From NCBI GenBank assembly GCA_977862235.1, contig OZ374564.1, forward strand, positions 434,001 through 498,000: DNA of 64,000 nucleotides, read 5' to 3'. Made by a program: the position numbers and the translations under genes. This document shows, piece by piece, positions 54,201 to 64,000 of the stretch. The stretch is from Dudresnaya verticillata (lineage: Eukaryota). The stretch's first letter is position 1, and every line of letters starts with the position of its first letter. Under the pieces are notes generated by a model that had not been told where the DNA came from, ran no database searches, and was given only the letters and a program-made list of their open reading frames with translations.

Positions 54201-57200
54201 CAGAATACATGTATATCAAAAGGACAGGAGTGATACAATACAGTGTCAATTGACCTTCAATACCAAAAGAACGCACGCAGTGTGTGTTGTCCTGAAGTTC
54301 AGAATAAGAAGTCCACCGCCATCAATCGCCATGCAAGCTAGAAAAGAACAGGATATCTAATTCGATATGGATAGCTGGATAGAGGATTTTGCAGTAGCAC
54401 GGTTCAAAACATAGCATCAACTAAGCTTGTCCGCCTGCCCAAGTGCAAAAAACAAACTCGCGGATTAATGGAAGCGTCAGAGTGACTGCACTTGTCGTCA
54501 CCGATGTGTAAGCACACTTTGATTAAACAAATCCGAGCACTTATTTTTAGACATCCTTGCAAGCCCTGTAATCGTAATCATAAGGGTATTGCAATCTGCC
54601 CCACAATCCGTTTTCCTTCTCTGCTTGCATTTAGCATTCCCCTCGTTCCGTGCGAACAATCTATCTATTTATTCCATGCACACAAGGACCGTAATTGTGC
54701 TCGTTGATCAACACTTACGGTACAGTACGAGTTCAAATTCAAGATTCGGGGGGGCTCCTCTTCTTGCTCGCTGGTGGGCATGGTGTGTGTCACAGTGTGG
54801 GCTGGTTTTCGAAGACGCGCAGGAGAGGTGAAGTCTTTTTGCTTGTTACAAAATGCCGCGAAAAGAGGATTACAGAATCTCCGATGCATCCCGATAGGGT
54901 GCGCGCTTGTGCTGAGATTTGAACACGGACCTTCCTTAAAGCATGTGGTGCCTGTGCTCGAAAAACGCTTTCTTTTGGCTTGACATTTACAAAAGCATCT
55001 ACTATATCTGCTCCCATCACTGCTTACAGAATATTGCAGCAACTCACGTAAACTCTCCTCGGGACTCGGCAGTTTCAAAAGCTCCTACTGTGCTACATTT
55101 GTAGGCTTGAACTTCACGATCGATGCTCTTGAAATCAACACAAGGTGATAACAGGAACAGCTTCAAGGATGGTGATTCAATGACTCGAGCGAAATCTGAC
55201 CAACTCATTTAGTGTCCATCTGAGTCCTTTTGCCTGTTTATAGCAACGCGATGCGCCATGCTTTTTGTAAATGCTTTAACTCTCCCCGCGCACAAAAAGC
55301 GTCTTCTTCTCAGTGCAAGCAGCTTCTTAGAAGCCAAATTTCAGATCGTTTGCACTACCAAGACCCTATAACATGCTCAAAACAGGTCAGTCCTCTTGGT
55401 ACAAGCATTTAAGATGACTATGATACGCTGTATTGAACTTTGTCTTTAGATTTCTGTCAATTACACGCATGGGCGGCCTTGCTTCCGTTGCAGCTCAGTT
55501 CGGAACACGCGGTGACAACGGCATTGTATGATCATAGAAGTCCTGAAGGACTTGACTGATAGCGCTAAACGTCGTAGTGCCGTTGGTGTAACGTCGAACA
55601 CCGGTGTGATCGCCGTTTGTCATCGGTTTCTCGCAGTTCGACTTTGACTTCTTGTGTCGAGTAGGAAAACACACTTCCGAAAGACCCTTTCTGACTCGTA
55701 CCGGCATGACTCATGACAAAAGCTGCGCCGTTGCAATTGCCCTAGAGCTGCAAAAAGCACAACGTTTTGTCAACGTTTTGCTTGAAATCCAGTATGAAGT
55801 TACTTTAGCTTTAATCATTTGTTCATTTGATAGCTTTTCACATCGATGTAAAAGTTGGACGACGTTTAGTTACGAAGTTAAATGAGTGAGGAAAGCCAGC
55901 TGTAGAACAAAGCTTGGAAACCCGTTCTGTCCTGAACGGCAGAACACAATTCCAAAACACCATTCTCTTTTCGTATAGCTTTCCCAAGCGGTTGTAACAA
56001 TCTTGAGGTTGCGCCTATGCTGCAGATCTCTTCGATTTTTTTGAACCAAAGTTCAGAACTTGGGAGGGCTCATCTTCTTGCACAGAAAGTGTTCAATGCG
56101 AGAAAGTGCAAGAAGATGGAGTCTTTCTTCGCCACATAAGGCAATCAGACCTTGAGGAAGAATATTTAGTCCGCATTGAAGTGCCACAAGACGAGTATAT
56201 CTGTATCTGCGTGAGCGTCACAGTCTCGCCTGCTTTCGAAGAAAGGGGGCACAGCGTAAACACGTTTCCAGTCAACAAGCTTAGGTGGCTGATGTCAGCA
56301 TCATCTGACATCTCAAAATTCCACTAGGATGCTTCTGTACTGTTGGTGTGCTGTCGCTGAAGCAGTCTTCAGGTCTCCAGATCACGGGTGATGCATGGAG
56401 GGGCAGACAGGCAGATGTGCCTTGCGTGCGCCAGAGCACATTAAAACACGAGGCGTTCAATTCACGCTTTTCCAAGCTGCCTATGTATGGCGCTTGAGTT
56501 TCTGCCCTCAGGTTCACTCTTCTTCCCACTCTCTATTTTCTCAAGGCATGTAATACAAGGAGGTTCATTATTTCTCGTCTTTTTGGTTGATTTGTTTACA
56601 GGCGCCATACTACCTCAAGAATGGTTAGGAAGAAGAACTTCTCAAGAAAGGTTCTAAGCGACAGGGTTGCAAACTTACACAAGACCCAACATCAAAGCAG
56701 TCCAGCATAGTGTCCATAAGGGCTGAAGTGACGCGGTGGGCCTGCAAGTCTAGTCGTACCTCCGGGAGTGACTGAAAACTTCGAGAGCCTTTAAGGCCGT
56801 GTTGTGTGCGCGAAGAAACTAAAGGTCTTTAATGTCTTCGGCAAACACCTTGGGAAAATCTCGGAACAAATTTTCATGAGGGAGCAATGTACTGCATGGG
56901 GATCTCGTCTTCCAGGCACTTTTCCCTTGGCTAGCGGCCGGGCTCGAGTTCTGGTGAGTAGAGCATCACAGAAGACTAACGGAAGAATCCGAGGTTGCTA
57001 CTGGAAGTTCGAGATATTGTTGAATTGTCCGGGAGATGCTACATATTCAAGTTTGCTAGAATTTGTCTCAAAACAATGGGTGTGCTCGTGGGGCATAGTG
57101 TTGGGAGGTTGACCCAGTCCGATTCCACGGATAAGTCACCAGTAAGTCTCGATGCTGTGTTTGTCGCAGTATCTGGGTATCAATAGAAGGAAGTTGTAAG

Positions 57201-58158
57201 TGCCTAACACGTCGAAGTGCCTGTCGTCACCTTGGTGGATATTTTTGTGGCGTGGCTGGAGTAAAGGATCTCCCGAGGTTTTTGATGAGTCTCCACGGGA
57301 ACCGGGGACGGGTCTCGAGTTGTTCCTGCTTGTGATTCTGGTCCTGCTTCGACTGCCCCTGAAAACAAGAGGCCCTGCGACTGGACTTCACCATTCTGAA
57401 CTTTCTCTCAGTCTAAAGATATATTGCGACAAGCAAATTGCGCAAGACTTGTTTTCCACCCTCATTTTCGTTACAAGATAGCGAAATTCATGCAGATCTA
57501 GAGCGGGACTGCCACGCCTCCTTTGGGCGATTCGTTGGGCTCCCGTGTTGTGCGAAGTGGTAGAGACAAAGTGGAGTTTCGAGGCGATGATTGTGGGTGG
57601 CGACAACCGTCGAGCACATGTTATCAGCTTGCTGTGTATCTGATGTAGTCTCGTTATTATTATGACGGCTGTGTGCTTCCGTTCCTTTCCGGTCGAGCGG
57701 CACGCCGGTTATGCACCTTTGGAATCTACGCTCGACAAGAGGGCAAATACTCCAAGCTTTGAGACGAAAGTGGGACAAGGGGGTGATGAATCGGAGCGGG
57801 GCTGTCGCTGGAGATGCATGGGGCCCGCGTGAGTGTATGAGGGTGCATGAGGGGCTCATACAAGCAGCATAGTTCCGGAACGTGCGCCGTGAGCACGGAG
57901 CGCTGCGTCCGCCCTCTCGAGAGACCCTGGGCTGGGCTGAATTAAGATTTAAATGGGAATCCCCTTTTTTCTGATATTTCTGGAGGTTTGCCTCCGAACC
58001 GCCTGGCTCTTTGTGGAAGATGCCTTCTTCACAACAGCAATTGCTCTTCTTGCTTGTTCCGCTTGGAGTTTCTGAAAGAAAAAAAAACGCTGTTGGCCCA
58101 GCTCATTCAAACAGAGGCCCTTGTCAGGCTGTGTTAGTTGCTGAAACGTCGAGGCTCG

Positions 58159-58183
58159 ACGTGAAACGTGAAACGTGAAACGT
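58159..58183. repeat. 7-bp tandem repeat ACGTGAA x3.5
   Basis: Seen directly. Confidence 0.8.
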
Positions 58184-59273
58184 AGTTTCAGCAACTACCA
58201 CTACGACAGACAGGTGCGTGGGTGGGTGTCTGCCGGCGAGGTGGTGTGTGTGATTGTTATTGCTGGCAACGAAGAGATGCATGCAGATGCGCATGCAGCG
58301 CGAGGTTGCGTGCACGCAGATCAAGCTGGGTATCTGACGGCCTAAAGTACGCTGGTGCTTTAAGGAGCGTTGGCTATTGTGGCACCTATGGTGAGTACGC
58401 ATTGGGTAGGGATTGAAGCGGTGTTGTGTTGGATGTGATGCTTAATAATTCAGAATGATGCTTTAAAGGAAAGCTGGCCGGGAATGATGCACGTCGGTCT
58501 TCAACGCTGGAGATAGTCGCTCCTGTCGAACAGTCGCATCGCAACACTGCGAACAGGCACAGTGTCGCTATCGATACAGGCGGCCTGTACACATTAATTA
58601 AAAATTGGGAAGATGCGCCAAGCGTGGGTAGCGCGGGTAACATTAGGCATGCGCTTCGTCATTGGCGATGAAGCTGGGTGGGATGCGGAAGCGTGATGCG
58701 TAAACGACGGATGTTGATTCATCAAGGGGCATAAATTGCAAATCAAGTTGGTGCTGCGATGCGGATCTTGTACCGGCGCGGGGGGGCTTTGCCTTTGCCT
58801 TGCGCGAGCGTCATGCACAGCAAGAACGCTTTTGGGGGGGGGGGGGAGCAGAGCATATACGGCACGTAAAAAAATAATAAAGTGAAACGAAGCACGTACT
58901 GCTGCGCAAGGCTACAGAGTACATCAAAGAACGGAAGGAATGCAGCATGCGTAATGTGGGGCATACTGTCCATGCACAATAAGGGTAGTTAGTGTCGCCG
59001 TGCGTGCGTGTCCGTGGTGTTGAGGGTAATTCTGAAACTCGGGCTCTGCCCCCCGGAGGGCGGAGGGTGAGTGTCGAGAAACGCGCTGCGCATCAGGCGC
59101 TCCAAGGCGGCAGAAGTGGTGCGGCATGGTGTGAAGTAAGGTACGGTAGACAGGCGTTTTGGTCGGGCTGTGATATGCGCGTGATGTGGAGATGCAGAAG
59201 TGCAGGAGGCTAAAAGGGTAGTGTGAGCTGCTTTAAACATTGGCTCGCTCGCTCACTAACACACGACACAATG

Positions 59274-59274
<1 letters not shown>

Positions 59275-59341
<67 letters not shown>
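59275..59341. repeat. (CA)n microsatellite, about 33 units
   Basis: Seen directly. Confidence 0.95.
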
Positions 59342-59342
<1 letters not shown>

Positions 59343-62326
59343 AAACACACACAAGCGGGTATGGCAAGGCGCCCGCTCTCTGAGCGCCGAAGCCACCGTG
59401 TATGGTGCGCGCTGTCTGTCACCTCGAGAGTCGAAGGACGGGGGGGGGGGGAAATGTTGGAGGGTGAGTGCGCGCGTGCGGTGTACAGAGTACCAAGTAT
59501 ATCGACTAGAGAAAGCAAAGTCGGACGATATCAGCGGGAGCAACGGGCGGCTATGTTTTGAGGCTACGCGGGAGGCGCGCTCGCTGTTGCTTGCTTGTCG
59601 GCGCTACTGCAAAACGGTTGCTGTTGTGGTTGAGAGTACAGTACAAGCGCGGGGTGCGCGGGTGGTCGGCGAAGGGTGTTGTGTTGCACGACGGCGGTTG
59701 GTGGCGGACACGCGCGCCAAGGCGGGCGCTCTGGCGGACGGAAAAATCTGGCGGCGTGGCGGCGGGTGCGCAGGCGCGCGTGTGGGTGGCTGGCGCGGCA
59801 CAGCGAGATACTTTGGCACAGGCGGGCTGTGTTGCGGGCGGCGTGGGTTGCAGCTGGCGGACGAGGCGTGCGCGCGCTCTGATTGGACGAGCGCTGCGCG
59901 AGCGTGTGGGCGCGTATGCGTCAGTGCGTGCGTGTGCCGGTGCGAGGTGTGGCACGGCGCGCGGTGGACGGCACGGCGGCGCAGGCGCAGGGGAGGGAGG
60001 ACGGCTACCGGCAGCATTGCTGTGACGAGACGTGGCTGCGGCGGCGAGCGAGCGCGGCGGCGGCAGCGCTGGCGTGCCGGCGAGGCGAGCGAGCGCTTTC
60101 CCGCGGCGACTGGGACCGCGGCCGCGGCGCTGTTATAGACAGGCGCGCTACGCGGTCAACAGGCGGCATACCATGCGTGTGTATGTGCGCGCGGCGACGC
60201 GTTTCTATAGATAGCTGCGCGTGCGCGGCGGGCGTGGCTGCCGCACGGGTGCGCTTGTCGTCGCGGGGCTGCGCTCGCTCGTTTGCTCGCGCGGCGGGGG
60301 CGGTTCAGTGCGCGTGCAAGCGCGCGAGCCGGGCGTGCGCGATGGGATGGTGTCGCGAGCAATGGCGGCGGCGGGGTCGGGGTCGTAGGGATGGAATGCG
60401 ATGGCGGCGCGCAGCAGAGGTATGGCGGCGCGCGGAGTGCTCGCGGACGGCGCGGCTGACCGGCACACACACACAGACCGGGACGGACTGACGATACAGT
60501 AGTACTGTAGTGGTTGATAGGGGCGGTGCGCGCGCGGCGGCGGCGGGTGGCGGCGGCGGCAGGTGGCACTAGCGCGGTGCGCGCTGCTGCGCGCAGTAGG
60601 GCGGCGTAACGGGCGGTGGTGGTTGGGGCGAGTTGGGCAGCGTGTGCTGCCACGGTGTCTGTCGGCGGGCGGTGCGTGTGTGCCGTTTGTTGGTGGCTGC
60701 TGCAGTTCCATCCACTCTCACCTCCACCACCACCGCAGTATCCAGACGCTCACGCCGCACAGCAGCGAGGCGCGCAAAAAAGCAGCGCGCGCCTCTTCGC
60801 GCGCGGCGCTGCTGCGGCGCTCGTGCTCGTGCTCGTGCCCGCGCTCGCGCTCGCGCAGTGCCGCCCGACGGCGGCGGCGGCGGCGGCGCGCAGCCACGCC
60901 TCCCTGTCGACCGTCCGGTGCTACGCGCCCGTACAGTAGATACTGTTCGTGTACAATACATGCAGCGCGTCGGCGACACCGCGCGCGCGCGCGCGCGGCG
61001 TGCAGCACGCACCGCACGCGCGCATCGCGACGCCGGCGGGCGGCGGTGACAAGCGCGCGGCGGCGCGCGAGTGTGGTCGACTGTATGTGCGGCGCGCGCG
61101 ACTCCGCTCGGCGTGCCGCGCGCGTCGGTCCCCGCGCCGGAGCGCGCGCGCACGCGTTCGGCGGGGCGGTGGTGGTGGTGGTGGTGGTGGGGGTGGTGGT
61201 GGGGGCGAGGGCCGAGGCGGTGGCGCCTGGGTGAGGAGGCGGGGGGCCCGGGGGGCGTGGCTCGCGCGGCGGTGGCGGCGGGGGCGGCGGGGCTGTGCGG
61301 TATGGTGGTGATGGTACAGTGCAAGCTCGGTGGTGTGGTTGTAGTGTATCTTGGCTTTTGCTTGGGATGTTGCGTCGTGCTTTGCTCCGTGCGGGCGTTT
61401 GTGGGTGGCAGTTTTAGTTTGTGTGTGCGCGCGCATTGGGTTGGGAGCTGTCGAGAGGTGGCAGCAGCGGAGACAGTAAGGCGCGAAGGGGGTACTTACA
61501 GGAGTGCCCGTTGGGGCGGACAGGCGGGCTGCGTCATGCCACGCGGGGTGCGTGAGCGTGTGTGTGTGTGCGTGTGTGTCGGCGTGAAACGCGGAATTTT
61601 TCGGCCGTCATGCTTTTCGGGCGTGCTCGTCCGGTGCTTGTGTTGTCTTGGGAATTACACCCGCAAGAAAAGACGGTAGAAAAGACGTGCGCGAGTCTCA
61701 ACCGACCTGTCGACACGACCGGAGGTGTCGCCTTGACTTTTCCTTTCTGCGGCTGCATGCCTCTCCTGTCGATCGCGCTGTAAGCACGCGCCCGAAAGTG
61801 TCAGGACAGGGCCTTGTCCGGGCCAGCTTTCACCCCGTCGGGAGGCGCGCGCTGCCCGCTGTGCGCGCGCCGCGCGCCGTGGCGCCGCCGGAATTTGCGC
61901 ACAACCGCAACCGACCGACCGACAGCATCATCTCCTCGCGTGGGTACCATTCAAGTTATGACAACACGCCGTGGATCGTTGGGATAGCGCGGCTTGGCGC
62001 TGCACCCGCAACGCCCTCCAGCTATCATACTGTGCCGTCGCGCTCGATGGACACTGCGCCCAACGCGCGCGCGCCCGTCCAAGTCACCGCCCATCATGTC
62101 AACGCGCGATGCCAGAGTCTGTGCAACAGCGCTCACGCTTCGTTCTGCCCGGCCACAGCGCAGCGCCGCGCGGCAGCCGTGCAGCTCGAGGCCGACAAAG
62201 GGAGGGTAGCGAGCAGCGCATGCAGCGCCTGCGTCGCCCCTTCTTCGAGGGCTAGATACCTTGCAGGCTTTTGCGGCCGCAGGGGTACACACACTCGCTA
62301 GTGCTTCCAGCTGTGCACTGTGCACG

Positions 62327-62330
<4 letters not shown>

Positions 62331-62365
<35 letters not shown>
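62331..62365. repeat. (CA)n microsatellite, about 17 units
   Basis: Seen directly. Confidence 0.92.
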
Positions 62366-62375
<10 letters not shown>

Positions 62376-62505
62376 ACGCACGCGCCCGCGCGCCGTGCAC
62401 GGCGCGCCACCACTCGCTTTCTCACCGCGCTACAAAATTGTACACAGCCACACCAAAGCCGCGCGAGCAACTCCGCCGCGCAGACACGGCCGGGCGCGGC
62501 GCGGC

Positions 62506-62555
62506 GCGGCGCGGCGCGCAATAACAGCACGCGGCGCGGCGCGCAATAACAGCAC
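62506..62555. repeat. 25-bp direct repeat x2
   Basis: GCGGCGCGGCGCGCAATAACAGCAC twice in tandem, upstream of the zinc-finger gene. Confidence 0.85.
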
Positions 62556-62752
62556 GCGACGCGGCGATATCGCGCGCGCGCGCCAAAAAAGGCCGGCGCA
62601 AGGCGCGCGCCGCGCTACAACGCGCGCCGCGCAAGCCACCGCGCGCGCGCGTGCGCAAACCGCGCAAAAAAGCGCCCCGGTAAACACGGCCCGACTCGCG
62701 ACACGCATATACGCCATATACGCCGCGGCGCGCCGTCCGAGACCGCGCCCGG

Positions 62753-62758
62753 TATAAA
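62753..62758 (+). promoter_or_regulatory. TATA box of the zinc-finger gene
   Basis: TATAAA within very GC-rich DNA, about 100 nt before the ATG at 62852. Confidence 0.6.
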
Positions 62759-62851
62759 CCCGCCCCGCCGCCGCATCCGCGCCTCCTGCCGCCAGCCCCC
62801 GCCCGGCCCGCCGCAACCCCCGCCGCCGCAGCCGCTGCCGCCGCCGCCGCC

Positions 62852-64000
62852 ATGGACTTCTTCCGCCCCACCGCCGCCGCCGCGCACGCCGCGCACGCCG
62901 CGCACGCCGCCACCTCCGCCACCTCCGCCGCCGCCGCCGCGCCCGCCGCGGCAGACACCATCACCTCGCTCATGCACATGGCGGACAACATGGAGGCCCT
63001 GCTCCCGCCCGACTGCGACATCACATCGCACCTGCACCTGCACCTGCCGCCGCCGCCGCCGCCGCCATCGTCGTCATGCGCAGATGTGCGGCCCTGCTCG
63101 CCGCCGCAGTCGCCCGCGTCATCGCCCCCACCTCCGCCTCCACCTCCGCCTCCGCCACCACCACCACCACCACCGCCGCCGCCGCGCGTGGACGACGACG
63201 CCGCGCTGGACGCGCTGTCGTGCGTCACGGGCGCCACCGTATCGGACGCCCCGCTCAAGCCGCAGCCCGAGCCGGACCCGCTCGACCTGTCGCTGGCCCC
63301 GCCGCCGCACCTAGGCCCGCACCTGCACCACCCCGCCTTCCGCGCACCGCCCCCGCAACTGCACAACTACCCGCACTCTCTCGAGCTCCACCTGGGCGCC
63401 TGCTCCGCCCCGGTCGCCCCGCCCGCCGCCTGCCCGCCCGCCTCCACCACCTCCCCGTGCGCCGTGCGCGACCTGGACCTGTCCGTCCCGCCGCCGCCGC
63501 CTGCACCCGCCGCCATCGCCGCCTTGTCCCCATCCCCGCCACAGCAACACCACGCCCACGCCCACTCTCACCAACCGACCGTACGCCCGCTCAAGCCGCG
63601 CAAGACCGCGCGCAAGCCCAAGACATACTCCAAGCCGGTGGCGTCGCGCTTCTGCCACATCTGCTCGCGCATGCCGCGCCGCGGCCAGGGCTCGGCCACG
63701 TGCCGCCGCATGGCCGAGGGCTTCTGCCGCAAGATCGTGTGCGAGCAGTGCCTGCGCGAGCACGGCTGGGACTATGACCGCATCGCCGCCGCGCCCGAGT
63801 CGTGGCTATGTCCGCACTGCGCAGAGATCTGCCCGCCGCGCAGCCAGTGCCACATCTATAACCGTATCAACGCCCGGCGGAAGAGAAACAGCCCAAAGGC
63901 TGCCTCGCAGGCCGCCAGCGTCGCCGCCGCGCTCGCATCATCCGATGTGCTTCTGGGTCCATATGGACATCTGTTCAACTCGACGCAGGCCGCCGCGCCG
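62852..64000 (+). CDS. zf-4CXXC_R1-like zinc-finger protein with Pro/Ala-rich N-terminus (3'-partial)
   Basis: GCCATGG start; frame open to the window end, so absent from the ORF track. KPRKTARKPK basic patch, then FCHICSR..ATCRRMAEGFCRKIVCEQCLREHGW..WLCPHCAEICPPRSQCHIY. Confidence 0.8.
   Translation, partial: MDFFRPTAAAAHAAHAAHAATSATSAAAAAPAAADTITSLMHMADNMEALLPPDCDITSHLHLHLPPPPPPPSSSCADVRPCSPPQSPASSPPPPPPPPPPPPPPPPPPPPRVDDDAALDALSCVTGATVSDAPLKPQPEPDPLDLSLAPPPHLGPHLHHPAFRAPPPQLHNYPHSLELHLGACSAPVAPPAACPPASTTSPCAVRDLDLSVPPPPPAPAAIAALSPSPPQQHHAHAHSHQPTVRPLKPRKTARKPKTYSKPVASRFCHICSRMPRRGQGSATCRRMAEGFCRKIVCEQCLREHGWDYDRIAAAPESWLCPHCAEICPPRSQCHIYNRINARRKRNSPKAASQAASVAAALASSDVLLGPYGHLFNSTQAAAP

Noticed and set aside
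59210..59561. Poly-(HT) and poly-(CV) ORFs
   Set aside because: Translations of the (CA)n microsatellite
1..64000. tRNA, rRNA, snRNA genes and intact transposons
   Set aside because: No cloverleaf, rRNA-like segment, transposase/RT motif, LTR or TIR pair was recognised by eye; covariance-model scans could still find small RNAs

Overview
Eukaryotic nuclear DNA, most likely from a multicellular red alga (Florideophyceae-like). This is inferred from intron-poor genes, short GT-AG introns with CTAAC/CTGAC branch points, MAF/AF-type plastid transit peptides and a phycobiliprotein-family gene. About 21 protein-coding genes can be supported: two tandem small LEA-like proteins with MGCxxS N-termini, a CtpA/S41 protease, NDUFA8, eIF3g, SMC2, an HSBP1-like gene (spliced, absent from the ORF track), DUF179/AlgH, PLRG1/Prp46, a CPYC-type GST, an NRT2 nitrate transporter, a three-exon Mg-chelatase H of the second (BchH/CHLH2-like) type, a Pho80/CYCU-type cyclin, a nuclear-encoded phycobiliprotein-like protein, SART1/Snu66, a small secreted Cys-rich protein, a partial zf-4CXXC_R1-like zinc-finger gene and several hypothetical proteins. 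A decayed copy of the cyclin lies just upstream of the intact gene. The window alternates between compact gene clusters, long CGCG-rich islands upstream of some genes, and two ORF-poor, AT-richer tracts. No tRNA, rRNA, CRISPR array or intact transposon was recognised. The most notable observations are the nuclear phycobiliprotein-like gene with an intact bilin-binding Cys, the dual-acylated LEA-like pair, the cyclin pseudogene with a possible antisense transcript, and a recurrent non-coding TACAGTA/TACTGTA motif. All family assignments come from motif recognition by eye, not from database searches.
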